Part shown: positions 16,172 to 24,212 of the stretch, piece after piece
Numbering within the stretch: position 1 is the first letter of the stretch
Layout: each line of letters opens with the position of its first letter
IMG/VR virus record: IMGVR_UViG_2802429227_000004
Span: 1-25,029 of that record
Direction: 5' to 3' (one strand)
Source: a virus
Lineage: Duplodnaviria; Heunggongvirae; Uroviricota; Caudoviricetes
Length of the DNA: 25,029 nucleotides
The notes under the pieces: generated by a model
What the model saw: only the letters and a program-made list of their open reading frames with translations
Told to the model about the DNA's origin: nothing
The model's database searches: none
Program-made: the position numbers and the translations under genes

Positions 16172-16537
16172 ATGGCTGGGGCACAGCATACCCAAACTCA
16201 CCCTAAATTTATATACACCTTCCTGGCGGTGCACCGTGATTGCATGGCTGACGGTAAAAACACTGTTCATGTAGCCGCCGATACGCTGGTTGATGCCTGC
16301 GAGATGCTCAATGACATGGGCTATATCTCGGCAACATGGAAAGGGCGCGAAGAAAACACGTTGTTTATTCAGAAATGCGAAAACAATTTTATCTGGCGTT
16401 TTATCGCCCTGAGTACGGCACAACCGCGCGTGATTCACATCGAGGCCACCAGCGAACAGGAAGCACGCCAGCAATCTCCTGATGGCTGCGTGATGGTATT
16501 CGCTGCCCGTATTCGCCAGGAGGTGGAGCATGTGTAA
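16172..16537 (+). CDS. Hypothetical protein (121 aa), first gene of the small-gene/primase operon
   Basis: GAGG RBS then ATG at 16172; in the ORF track this is the in-frame tail of the 14999..16537 ORF. Confidence 0.6.
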   Translation: MAGAQHTQTHPKFIYTFLAVHRDCMADGKNTVHVAADTLVDACEMLNDMGYISATWKGREENTLFIQKCENNFIWRFIALSTAQPRVIHIEATSEQEARQQSPDGCVMVFAARIRQEVEHV

Positions 16538-16754
16538 TGCAACATGGCCTGATGCAGCGGTAGACGCTATCAAAACGCTGATGGATTCACTTATTGAGAT
16601 TTCTGCTATCGCTGGTGTGGCGCATAAACACGCAGCCAGAGAATCAGAATGCATCTCCCATTATTTAGCATTTGTGCAGCTGAAAGCCGATCAGGCACTG
16701 GATAAGGCCGGAAAAATTATCATGGCTGATGTACAGGAGGTGCACCATGCATAA
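16530..16754 (+). CDS. Hypothetical small protein (74 aa)
   Basis: Start overlaps upstream stop as ATGTGTAA (16530..16537). Confidence 0.55.
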   Translation: MCNATWPDAAVDAIKTLMDSLIEISAIAGVAHKHAARESECISHYLAFVQLKADQALDKAGKIIMADVQEVHHA

Positions 16755-17112
16755 CCTGTCAATTTCTGACCTTAACAGCATTCAGTTTGACGAGATATTT
16801 TCCGGGCAGCTACTGGTTAACGTGGAGAATGGACGCGTGGTAAGTAATTATCACCTGCCGGATGGTGCAATTGCCGGAAGCGTTGAAGCATTGCTGGAAC
16901 TGGCGGAACGTGCGCGACTGATTAAGCCGTCAACGTGCCATCACGATGATGATCTGCATTTTACCGGGTGTATGGTGAGTCACTACGAAAACGGCGTTGA
17001 AGTATCCTGCGAACGTCTGCGTGATGATTGCTGTTTCGGCACACTGCCGGAATTTATCGAATTGCTGACCAGTTGCGGTTATCAGGTCATTCAGGGGGGT
17101 AAACATGCGTGA
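16747..17112 (+). CDS. Hypothetical protein (about 121 aa)
   Basis: GGAGG RBS; ATG at 16747 overlaps upstream stop as ATGCATAA; ORF-track call starts 18 nt earlier. Confidence 0.55.
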   Translation: MHNLSISDLNSIQFDEIFSGQLLVNVENGRVVSNYHLPDGAIAGSVEALLELAERARLIKPSTCHHDDDLHFTGCMVSHYENGVEVSCERLRDDCCFGTLPEFIELLTSCGYQVIQGGKHA

Positions 17113-17338
17113 TGATCGTTTTAATTCCCTGAAACAGGAGTTTGATGGCGCACCGGAAGATACATCGGGCGCATTGTTGAGCATTGCTGACATGATGAAA
17201 GCTGCATATTTTCTTATCAATACCAGGGGCTACAAGTCAGAGGGTGAAATGATTCTTAGTATTGCGTCGGACTATGCTGAATATGTGGCAGAGACGCGTT
17301 ACAGAAGAAAATCTCTGGAGGATGTAAGCCATGCATAA
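17105..17338 (+). CDS. Hypothetical small protein (77 aa)
   Basis: Start overlaps upstream stop as ATGCGTGA (17105..17112). Confidence 0.55.
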   Translation: MRDDRFNSLKQEFDGAPEDTSGALLSIADMMKAAYFLINTRGYKSEGEMILSIASDYAEYVAETRYRRKSLEDVSHA

Positions 17339-17531
17339 TCATGAAGCGCATGTACCCGTAGTGCTTAATGTGCCAGATGATTTCACCGGACGCGTGCTGG
17401 TTTACCTTGATAAAGAAAAAGTGAAATCACAATGCCGACTGAAAAGTAATGAGATTGTGGGTTCTCCTGAATTTTTTTCTGAACTCTGTATTCGTGCAGA
17501 AATAAAACCGGAACTGCTGACAGGAAAATAA
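17331..17531 (+). CDS. Hypothetical small protein (66 aa)
   Basis: Start overlaps upstream stop as ATGCATAA (17331..17338). Confidence 0.55.
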   Translation: MHNHEAHVPVVLNVPDDFTGRVLVYLDKEKVKSQCRLKSNEIVGSPEFFSELCIRAEIKPELLTGK

Positions 17532-17535
17532 AACC

Positions 17536-17826
17536 ATGAAAAGGAAAAATTCTGGCTTTACTGCCAGCGGTCTCTCTCGGCCTGAAATCAGACACGGAGA
17601 TATTTACCGCGACACCAGACGTGGGGGACGAGTGGTTATTCGTCACGTTACGCCAGGCAATATCACCTACCGCCGTGAGGCTTACGAATATGACTGCGTA
17701 ATGCCGCGCCGTCAGTTTGAGCGTGATTTTATTCTGGTGGAAAACAAACAACAGGCAGTGGCGAGACGTGCAGCCACGAATATTAAAAAAATCCGGGCAA
17801 TGTTGGTTGCGGGAGGTAAGAAGTGA
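17536..17826 (+). CDS. Hypothetical basic protein (96 aa) immediately upstream of the primase
   Basis: ATG 5 nt after the upstream stop; 4 nt GTGA overlap with the primase gene start. Confidence 0.55.
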   Translation: MKRKNSGFTASGLSRPEIRHGDIYRDTRRGGRVVIRHVTPGNITYRREAYEYDCVMPRRQFERDFILVENKQQAVARRAATNIKKIRAMLVAGGKK

Positions 17827-19628
17827 AAAACGCACCGAATTTAAAATATCAGCCGAAGGATAAATTCACCGAGGTAATCATTTTTGCCGGGACGGATGCT
17901 TACGCCCATGCTCAACACTGGATTGAAAGCGAAGGACGAAAACACGGCGATAACGTGCCTCCTGTTTACCTGGGGCCAAAGCAACTGGCAGACCTGGCGA
18001 ATATCCGCATTGTCGACGATGAACGCCGCTTTGCGCGTGTCTATCTCGCGGGGGAGATAGAGCCAATCCAGATCAATGCTATTGCTGAAAAGCTGGCGCT
18101 GGCTGGTGTACAGGACGCGAAATTATACAAAGGTATCACCGACCGGGAGCCGGAAAACTGGCGCGACTACCTGCAACGGATCCGCGAACAGGCAGAGAGT
18201 GGGGAAGTTTCAGCGATGAAATTAGCCACAAAAAATATTGACCTATCTAGGCCAGCACTAAATCAGATGGGAGCCAGCCAGAGAGGGGAAGTGTTACTTG
18301 AATATTATGGAAGAGCACTGGCTATAAATGATGATTCTGATGTAGTTCACCATTACAACGGAATTGTCTGGGTGCCTGTATCTGATAAGGAACTCCAGCG
18401 GTCTATGGCGAAGATTTTTATTGATGCTGGAATCAGTTATTCGCAAAACGCCATTAAATTTGCCGTAGACACAATGAAATTGAGCCTGCCTGTTATGGGC
18501 GGGGCAGACAGGAATCTTATTGGATTCAGTAACGGGGTATTTGATACCCGGACGGGAAATTTTCGGGAGCATAACAAAAATGACTGGTTGTTAAATGCCA
18601 GTGAATTACCGTTCAGCCCACCAGCAGAGGGGGAAACGCTGGCAACACATGCGCCGAATTTCTGGAAGTGGCTGCGTCGTTCGGTGGCAGATAATGATCG
18701 TAAAGCTGATCGCGTACTGGCGGCATTATTCATGGTGCTGGCGAACCGGTACGACTGGCAGTTATTCCTTGAGGTAACAGGCCCAGGCGGAAGCGGTAAA
18801 AGTGTGATGGCTGAGATTTGTACCATGCTGGCGGGTAAGGCCAACACAGTATCGGCAAGCATGAAGGCTCTGGAAGACGCAAGGGAACGCGCGTTAGTAG
18901 TTGGCTTTTCGCTGATTATCATGCCGGATATGACTCGCTACGCTGGCGATGGTGCAGGAATTAAGGCAATTACTGGCGGCGACAAGGTGGCAATTGATCC
19001 GAAACATAAAGCCCCCTACTCCACACGTATTCCGGCAGTAGTGCTTGCGGTAAACAATAACGCCATGTCATTCAGTGACCGAAGCGGGGGGATCTCGCGT
19101 CGTAGGGTGATATTTAATTTCTCTGAGGTCGTACCGGAGAACGAACGCGATCCCATGCTGGCGGAAAAGATAGAAGGCGAACTGGCGGTAGTGATTCGCC
19201 ATTTGCTAACACGATTTACCGACCAGGACGAAGCTAAAAGACTACTTTATGAGCAGCAAAAATCAGAAGAAGCGCTGTTGATAAAGCGCGAAGGTGATTC
19301 ACTGGTGGACTTTTGCGGCTATCTGATGTCGTTGGTTAAATGTGAAGGAATGATGGTGGGCAATGCGGAAATAGTGCCATTTAGCCCGAGGCGATACCTG
19401 TATCATGCTTATTTAGCCTATATGTCAGCGCATGGCCTGGGAAAACCAGTATCACTGACACGCTTTGGTACTGATATGCCAGGAGCTATGGCGGAATACG
19501 GAAAGGAGTATAAGCGGGCTAAATGCACTAAAGGCCCGGATAAAGGGCGAGTGATAACAAATGTTCTGTTAGATGATGATGCTGATGGCTGGTTGCCAGC
19601 AGCTACAGGGATTAACGACAGAACATAA
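17823..19628 (+). CDS. Phage/plasmid primase-helicase, P4 alpha/D5 family (601 aa)
   Basis: Walker A P-loop VTGPGGSGKSV in the C-terminal half; overall size and architecture of satellite pri-rep proteins; followed by an iteron origin. Confidence 0.8.
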   Translation: MKNAPNLKYQPKDKFTEVIIFAGTDAYAHAQHWIESEGRKHGDNVPPVYLGPKQLADLANIRIVDDERRFARVYLAGEIEPIQINAIAEKLALAGVQDAKLYKGITDREPENWRDYLQRIREQAESGEVSAMKLATKNIDLSRPALNQMGASQRGEVLLEYYGRALAINDDSDVVHHYNGIVWVPVSDKELQRSMAKIFIDAGISYSQNAIKFAVDTMKLSLPVMGGADRNLIGFSNGVFDTRTGNFREHNKNDWLLNASELPFSPPAEGETLATHAPNFWKWLRRSVADNDRKADRVLAALFMVLANRYDWQLFLEVTGPGGSGKSVMAEICTMLAGKANTVSASMKALEDARERALVVGFSLIIMPDMTRYAGDGAGIKAITGGDKVAIDPKHKAPYSTRIPAVVLAVNNNAMSFSDRSGGISRRRVIFNFSEVVPENERDPMLAEKIEGELAVVIRHLLTRFTDQDEAKRLLYEQQKSEEALLIKREGDSLVDFCGYLMSLVKCEGMMVGNAEIVPFSPRRYLYHAYLAYMSAHGLGKPVSLTRFGTDMPGAMAEYGKEYKRAKCTKGPDKGRVITNVLLDDDADGWLPAATGINDRT

Positions 19629-19655
19629 TACGAAATTTATAAGCTGAAACGTAAA

Positions 19656-19991
19656 GGTAGACGGTTGGTAGACAGATTCACTTAACCCTCTACCAACCAT
19701 CTACCAATTAATATTTTGAATTATAAAGATATTTTCAATGTAGTAGAGAGGTAGACAGTTATTTCTATATTCCTAAACCACGGGGGGTATATAAAAAACA
19801 GATAGTTAAGGGGGCATTTTTTAAATTTCTCTTTTAACTGTCTACACTGTCTACCATTTAGTAAAAATCATTAATTATCAATGTATTAATGCGGTAGACC
19901 GTTGGTAGACAGTTTGCAGATTGTTTTTTTGTTATGTGTTAATAACATTAAATAAATCAATCAATTATATCGGTAGACAGTTGGTAGACAG
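19656..19991. repeat. Iteron-type origin: about 6 direct and inverted copies of GGTAGAC(A/C/G)GTTGGTAGACAG
   Basis: 19656..19675 direct; 19689..19704 inverted; 19750..19760 half site; 19839..19856 inverted; 19893..19912 direct; 19972..19991 direct; separated by AT-rich DNA. Confidence 0.75.
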
Positions 19992-20011
19992 TTGTAACGA
20001 TGGGGCAAAGC

Positions 20012-20542
20012 ATGACTAAGCTGACCATTAACAGAAAACCAAAAGGTATTTACGGCACGCCGCAGAAAACGACGCAGGCGGCACAGGAGCAGGATAAAAC
20101 CACATCGGCGCATAAAGTGATGCCCGGTAACCAGAAAGCGCAGCAGAAGCCTACAGGGGCGACACCGTGGCGGCATATGACCAAACGCCAGCGCAAAAAC
20201 CGCAGGCGCGTTAACCGCCTCACTGAGTTGTGGCCTGACTTATTCAGCCGGGAAGCACTGAAGCCGCTTAAGGTGGGGATATTCGACGACCTGATGCAGG
20301 ATCTCGCCGCCAGGGGGCTGGCATTCGGGCCAGGGGCATTGCGTGCGACGCTGGCATCTTATGCGCAGTGTCCGCGCTATTACCGCGCCTTAATGGCTGG
20401 TGGGGTACGCTACGACCTGAAAGGCCAGCCGTGCGGCGAGGTGACACCACAGGAACAACAGGACGCAGAAACGCGGCTGGTGGCGCTGAATGAGAAGCGC
20501 AAACGCCAGTGCCGGGCAGCAAAGGAGACAATAGGCGCATGA
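20012..20542 (+). CDS. ProQ/FinO-domain RNA-binding protein-like (about 176 aa)
   Basis: LWPDLFS...PLKVGIFDDLMQDLAARG...ALRATLASYAQCPRYYRALMAGGVRYDLKGQPCGEVT resembles the ProQ/FinO domain of E. coli ProQ; start at 20012 (GGGG upstream) preferred over 20000. Confidence 0.7.
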   Translation: MTKLTINRKPKGIYGTPQKTTQAAQEQDKTTSAHKVMPGNQKAQQKPTGATPWRHMTKRQRKNRRRVNRLTELWPDLFSREALKPLKVGIFDDLMQDLAARGLAFGPGALRATLASYAQCPRYYRALMAGGVRYDLKGQPCGEVTPQEQQDAETRLVALNEKRKRQCRAAKETIGA

Positions 20543-20826
20543 TTCACGACAGCAAAGCGGAAGCACTGGAAGCGCGTGGTCTGTACCGGAGAGCGGCGGC
20601 GCGGTGGGCTGAGGTCATCATGCTGGCGAATGATGACAAGGCACGGGAACAGGCGGCAAAACGTCGCGCGGAATGTATCCACAAGGCAGCACGCCCACCA
20701 GCAAGGCAGGATAATTTCGGGGAGATGCGCGAAACCATCAGCCGGGCACATGCCGGGATGGGATTACATCAGCCCAATGGTGAGGCATTCAGGAAATACC
20801 AAAAAAAGAACAATTGTAGTCAGTAA
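20539..20826 (+). CDS. PerC-family transcriptional regulator-like protein (95 aa)
   Basis: MIHDSKAEALEARGLYRRAAARWAEV is PerC-like; 4 nt ATGA overlap with the upstream gene; ORF-track call starts 30 nt earlier without RBS. Confidence 0.6.
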   Translation: MIHDSKAEALEARGLYRRAAARWAEVIMLANDDKAREQAAKRRAECIHKAARPPARQDNFGEMRETISRAHAGMGLHQPNGEAFRKYQKKNNCSQ

Positions 20827-20960
20827 CAGAGGATGGGATTCTCTTGGTTTTTTGTTGATGCTTTCTGAGGAAATCTACTACGTTGCTGAGCAGATGAATA
20901 TTCAATTGCATCTGGGTTCCTGATAAGATTAATCTGAATATTTTCATTTGGAATAGGGAT

Positions 20961-22103
20961 ATGAATAAAACTTTAATTGCAACATTAGTCGGTATAGTAA
21001 TGTTAACCGGATGTGGGCCAGAAGAGTTAACTCCAGAACAGAAACAGGAAGTAGCTGCTCTTAAAGCTGAACTGTCGCAAACGGAAGGTGAAATATCAGC
21101 AGCTAAGGAAGTTGACCAGCAGTTTTCTGGTGGGTTGATAAAAAATCTGACAACAGCAAGACTGGAAATATTAGGAACTAATAAAGCGCTTTTGGAACAG
21201 CGTATTAATGCTATTGAATCAGGTGCCAAAATTGATGTTGTTGTATCTGGAGTAAAACCTGATCCTGAGCTTGCGGCTTCAATTAAAACTGAAATTGACA
21301 GCTTAGATGCAAAAATCAACGAAGCCAAAGCTGATGCTCGTCAGTATAGTGGTGGTCTGATAAAGGTACTAAAATTATCTACTGTTGCCACTGAAGAGCA
21401 GACCATGGCAATGTTGCAGCAAAAGTACCTCACAGCCAAGTATGGCCTCGCTGAAGTTAAGCTGGCATCAGTACAAGCTAATGACGCAAAAAACAGTACT
21501 GAAACGGAAGTAACAGCCAAAAATTCCCAAGAGCAACTTCCTTTACTCCCGCCAGCGGATGGTCCGTTTGGCTTAGAAGCCGGTCTTACACAGAAAAACA
21601 TCGAAGATATGATCGGTGCTAAGCTCAAGCCACTACCAGACAGTGTGAATCTGTATACTTCTGATAAATTACCGAAGCAAAACGCAGATTTTGAAATGTA
21701 TGGTTTGCTGATCTCCCCGAAAGCTGGTTTATGTCAAATACGGGCTTTAGGAAAAAATATTGATACTGATAGCTATGGATTGGCTCTTAAATCCAAGTTT
21801 GAAGAATTGAGTAATTCTTTAAGTTCTCTGTATGGAAAGGCTGATACTACAGACTTTTTGCTGGCTGGTTCAATTTGGAAAGATCCTCAGGACTGGATGA
21901 GGGGGCTAAACAAAAAAGAACGCTTCTTATCTGCCACATGGAAGGGAACAAAAGAAATACCATTAAAAAACAATATTGATACTATATCTATTGAGGCCAG
22001 AGCGAACAATTCCACTCAGGGATATGTCTATCTGCAGTACTCATTTACAAATGACGAAATTTGTCAGGCAGAAATTGAAGGGGCGAAAAAAAGTTCCCTT
22101 TAA
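20961..22103 (+). CDS. Predicted lipoprotein (380 aa) with internal repeats; low-GC cargo gene
   Basis: Signal peptide with lipobox MNKTLIATLVGIVMLTGC; repeated QQFSGGLIKNL / RQYSGGLIKVL units; AT-rich compared with flanking genes. Confidence 0.75.
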   Translation: MNKTLIATLVGIVMLTGCGPEELTPEQKQEVAALKAELSQTEGEISAAKEVDQQFSGGLIKNLTTARLEILGTNKALLEQRINAIESGAKIDVVVSGVKPDPELAASIKTEIDSLDAKINEAKADARQYSGGLIKVLKLSTVATEEQTMAMLQQKYLTAKYGLAEVKLASVQANDAKNSTETEVTAKNSQEQLPLLPPADGPFGLEAGLTQKNIEDMIGAKLKPLPDSVNLYTSDKLPKQNADFEMYGLLISPKAGLCQIRALGKNIDTDSYGLALKSKFEELSNSLSSLYGKADTTDFLLAGSIWKDPQDWMRGLNKKERFLSATWKGTKEIPLKNNIDTISIEARANNSTQGYVYLQYSFTNDEICQAEIEGAKKSSL

Positions 22104-22113
22104 ACAATCCGTG

Positions 22114-22145
22114 CAAAGCCCCTTAGTAAGGGGCTTTTATATATT
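22114..22145 (+). terminator. Rho-independent terminator after the lipoprotein gene
   Basis: aagcccc-ttagtaa-ggggctt hairpin followed by ttat. Confidence 0.65.
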
Positions 22146-22167
22146 AATGTTCAACGTGGGGGATTAG

Positions 22168-22491
22168 ATGAAAGATAATCTAGCAAAACTAATTGAAAAT
22201 ACTTTAAAAGATATTCTATTAGCTAATGCTGCTCTAACATTCATTTTTGCAATACCAATGGCTATTATCAGTAGGCATGGGATGGGCATCACAATCTGGT
22301 TTATAACTGTGCTCATTGCACCTGCTCTGTGTGCAGTAGGTGCATGGCTTGTATCTCGAACATCCGGCCATGCTGAGGAGTTCTTTCATCGTCGGTGGGC
22401 TAAGCGAATTTATGTTTTTTATACTCTTGCGGCTGCCGAGTTTTTGCTTGTGTACTCAATCGCGCAAATAATGAAAAATCTGATGAAATAA
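22168..22491 (+). CDS. Small integral membrane protein (107 aa, 2-3 predicted TM helices)
   Basis: Hydrophobic stretches AALTFIFAIPMAII, ITIWFITVLIAPALCAVGAWLV, VFYTLAAAEFLLVY; GGGG RBS. Confidence 0.6.
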   Translation: MKDNLAKLIENTLKDILLANAALTFIFAIPMAIISRHGMGITIWFITVLIAPALCAVGAWLVSRTSGHAEEFFHRRWAKRIYVFYTLAAAEFLLVYSIAQIMKNLMK

Positions 22492-22685
22492 TTAACAAGT
22501 TATTATCATGGAGCTTGTGGCTGTTAACCTGCAGTGAGGCGACAATCGTGTATTTATAAAAACTTCCCCTTTTCACTCCCCGCTGCTTCTTCTGCTATTG
22601 CCTTTATGTTTGCATCTGCCATACCTTTGCAGAAAAATCAGAGCATTCAGTGCCGAAGGTTGGTTTATTGATGCTTTTCGTTTCA

Positions 22686-22745
22686 TTTATTGCAATTGTC
22701 TCTGGTATCATTTCAATTTGTGCAATAATTGCAATTATTGTCATT
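22686..22745. promoter_or_regulatory. Operator-like array of TTGCAAT-containing repeats upstream of gene 22760
   Basis: ttattgcaattg (22688..22699) and aatttgtgcaataattgcaattattg (22712..22740); the reverse complement of ATTGCAAT is itself, so the core is palindromic. Confidence 0.5.
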
Positions 22746-22759
22746 CAGAAGGGATCATC

Positions 22760-22927
22760 ATGAAAAATCACGGAGTAAAGCCAGTTTTACTTTCCCGGAG
22801 GCAGATCGAAGCCCTGCAACGCATCCAGGACGAAGAGCGTCAGAAATCTGTGCTTGGTGTGGCACCGTCGATTCATGTTATCGCTCGGCAACTGATGGAT
22901 AAGGCACTTAAAGAGGTGAGACTGTGA
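22760..22927 (+). CDS. Hypothetical small protein (55 aa)
   Basis: ATG at 22760 with AGAAGGGA RBS; the ORF-track ORF 22598..22927 extends upstream through the operator repeats and is not credible there. Confidence 0.5.
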   Translation: MKNHGVKPVLLSRRQIEALQRIQDEERQKSVLGVAPSIHVIARQLMDKALKEVRL

Positions 22928-23196
22928 AATTAAATATCAGAGTGGATAAACGCCAGCTATGGCAGAAAAAAGAGAACAGCGAGGCATTCAGGGCGTTGCT
23001 GGTGGAAAATCTTCAGCATCGGTTCAGTGGAGAGTTGCCTGATGCTCTAGGGAAGAAACTGGAATCCCTGACGGTGGAAATTGGCGATTATGGCTTTGTT
23101 GATGTTGAAAGCACGACTGCCAACACAGAAATCGTAAAACAGGTCGTCAATGATGTAATGAAAACCACGCTTAGCCAGCCATCCTGGCGCAACTGA
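22924..23196 (+). CDS. Hypothetical protein (90 aa), GTG start
   Basis: 4 nt GTGA overlap with the upstream gene, suggesting translational coupling. Confidence 0.5.
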   Translation: MKLNIRVDKRQLWQKKENSEAFRALLVENLQHRFSGELPDALGKKLESLTVEIGDYGFVDVESTTANTEIVKQVVNDVMKTTLSQPSWRN

Positions 23197-23295
23197 ATCA
23201 GTAAGGGGCGGTTATTGCCCCTTTCCTCCATACCCACAACGCATTCCCTTTCCGCATGAAATTATTTTTTATCGTATATGCATGAGGTGAGCTAC

Positions 23296-23823
23296 ATGTT
23301 GATGAGTAAAGCCGAATACGCCAAATACAAAGGCGTAAGCCGCCAGACAGTTTACGACTGGCTCGAGAAAGGCGAAGTGGTCATGTCCGGTAAAAAAATT
23401 GATGTGGAAGCGACAGAGCAGCGGAACAGCCCACCAGCACAGGGGAAAGACACCATTTCTGAAATGTGGCCAGAAAGAACGCTGGAAATGACATGGGGCG
23501 AGTTCTGGAAAGCAGTTAAGGCCAGAGACGGTAAAATTCCTGCGCCAGTAACGGACGAGGGCATACAGCAGCGTGTGCTGTATGCAGCCGGGGAATTAGG
23601 CTGGGAAGTGCACTTTCTTGATGATGGTGCTATCTGCCTTGAGGATGATGAAGGGCAGCATTACTTTGAAAAATACAATTTGCGAGGTAATGCCAGGCTG
23701 GCAATTCGTATGCTGCGTTGCGAACTCTGCTATGTTGCAGGTGATTATCCCGATGAACCGGAATCATGGAGTGAAGCCGGGTTAAACGCCCTGGCTGAGT
23801 GGGAAAAATCAGACCATCAATGA
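23296..23823 (+). CDS. Winged-HTH DNA-binding protein resembling the N-terminal domain of lambda terminase small subunit Nu1 (about 175 aa); candidate packaging-redirection (Rpp/TerS-like) protein
   Basis: MSKAEYAKYKGVSRQTVYDWLEKGEVV aligns, from memory, with lambda Nu1 KKQLADIFGASIRTIQNWQEQGMPV (pattern A-x-x-x-G-x-S-x-x-T-x-x-x-W-x-E-x-G); GAGGTGA RBS 6 nt before the ATG at 23296; similar size to Nu1. Confidence 0.55.
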   Translation: MLMSKAEYAKYKGVSRQTVYDWLEKGEVVMSGKKIDVEATEQRNSPPAQGKDTISEMWPERTLEMTWGEFWKAVKARDGKIPAPVTDEGIQQRVLYAAGELGWEVHFLDDGAICLEDDEGQHYFEKYNLRGNARLAIRMLRCELCYVAGDYPDEPESWSEAGLNALAEWEKSDHQ

Positions 23824-24115
23824 CATCAAAAAGTGTCAAGTTGAGCAGCTTGCCAGCTTGCCAGCTTGCCAGGTTGACACTTTACACTCTGAACGCGAAA
23901 AAGTGTCAACCTCGCTGTAAGCCCCGCAATTACTGGGTTTGTGCCAGATTTACCACGTCAAAAAGCCGAAAAAACCGCGAAAAATGTCAAGTTGCCATGC
24001 TTAGAAATGCTAAGGTTTTTCGCGAAAAAGTGTCAAGTGTGTCAACCTGCGATATTAAGATTTATTAAGGTCTTAAGCCGGAAAGTGTCAACCAGCCCCC
24101 TAAGATTTCCTAAGG
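23824..24115. repeat. Array of at least 7 copies of (A)AAGTGTCAA(C/G) in both orientations plus AGCTTGCC x3 and TAAGATTTnnTAAGG repeats; candidate packaging (cosB-like) or binding site array
   Basis: GTGTCAA cores at ~23833, 23873 (inverted), 23903, 23984, 24030, 24038, 24084; cgcgaaaaagtgtcaa occurs 3 times; cttgccagcttgccagcttgccagg at 23849..23873. Confidence 0.75.
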
Positions 24116-24212
24116 TGTGATTGGACGTGCTGTAACCTTCTTGTCGCAATGTGGATGAATGACTATAGTGCTGGTAGCTTTGACAGCAGAATCAGATTAC
24201 TGAAGGAAATGT

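Noticed and set aside
18294-18922. Minus- and plus-strand ORFs inside the primase gene (18294..18572, 18437..18922, 18595..18777)
   Set aside because: Overlap the primase/helicase reading frame, which carries the Walker A motif; considered spurious.
20268-20923. Overlapping ORFs on both strands (20268..20540, 20410..20751, 20544..20738, 20576..20923)
   Set aside because: This GC-rich stretch keeps several frames open; the ProQ/FinO-like and PerC-like frames carry recognisable motifs, the others do not.
20789-21328. 179 aa minus-strand ORF
   Set aside because: Lies entirely antisense to the well-supported lipoprotein gene; low-complexity translation; shadow ORF.
23799-24068. 89 aa ORF spanning the GTGTCAA repeat array
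   Set aside because: Made of repetitive DNA, no RBS, low-complexity translation; the repeats are better explained as binding sites.
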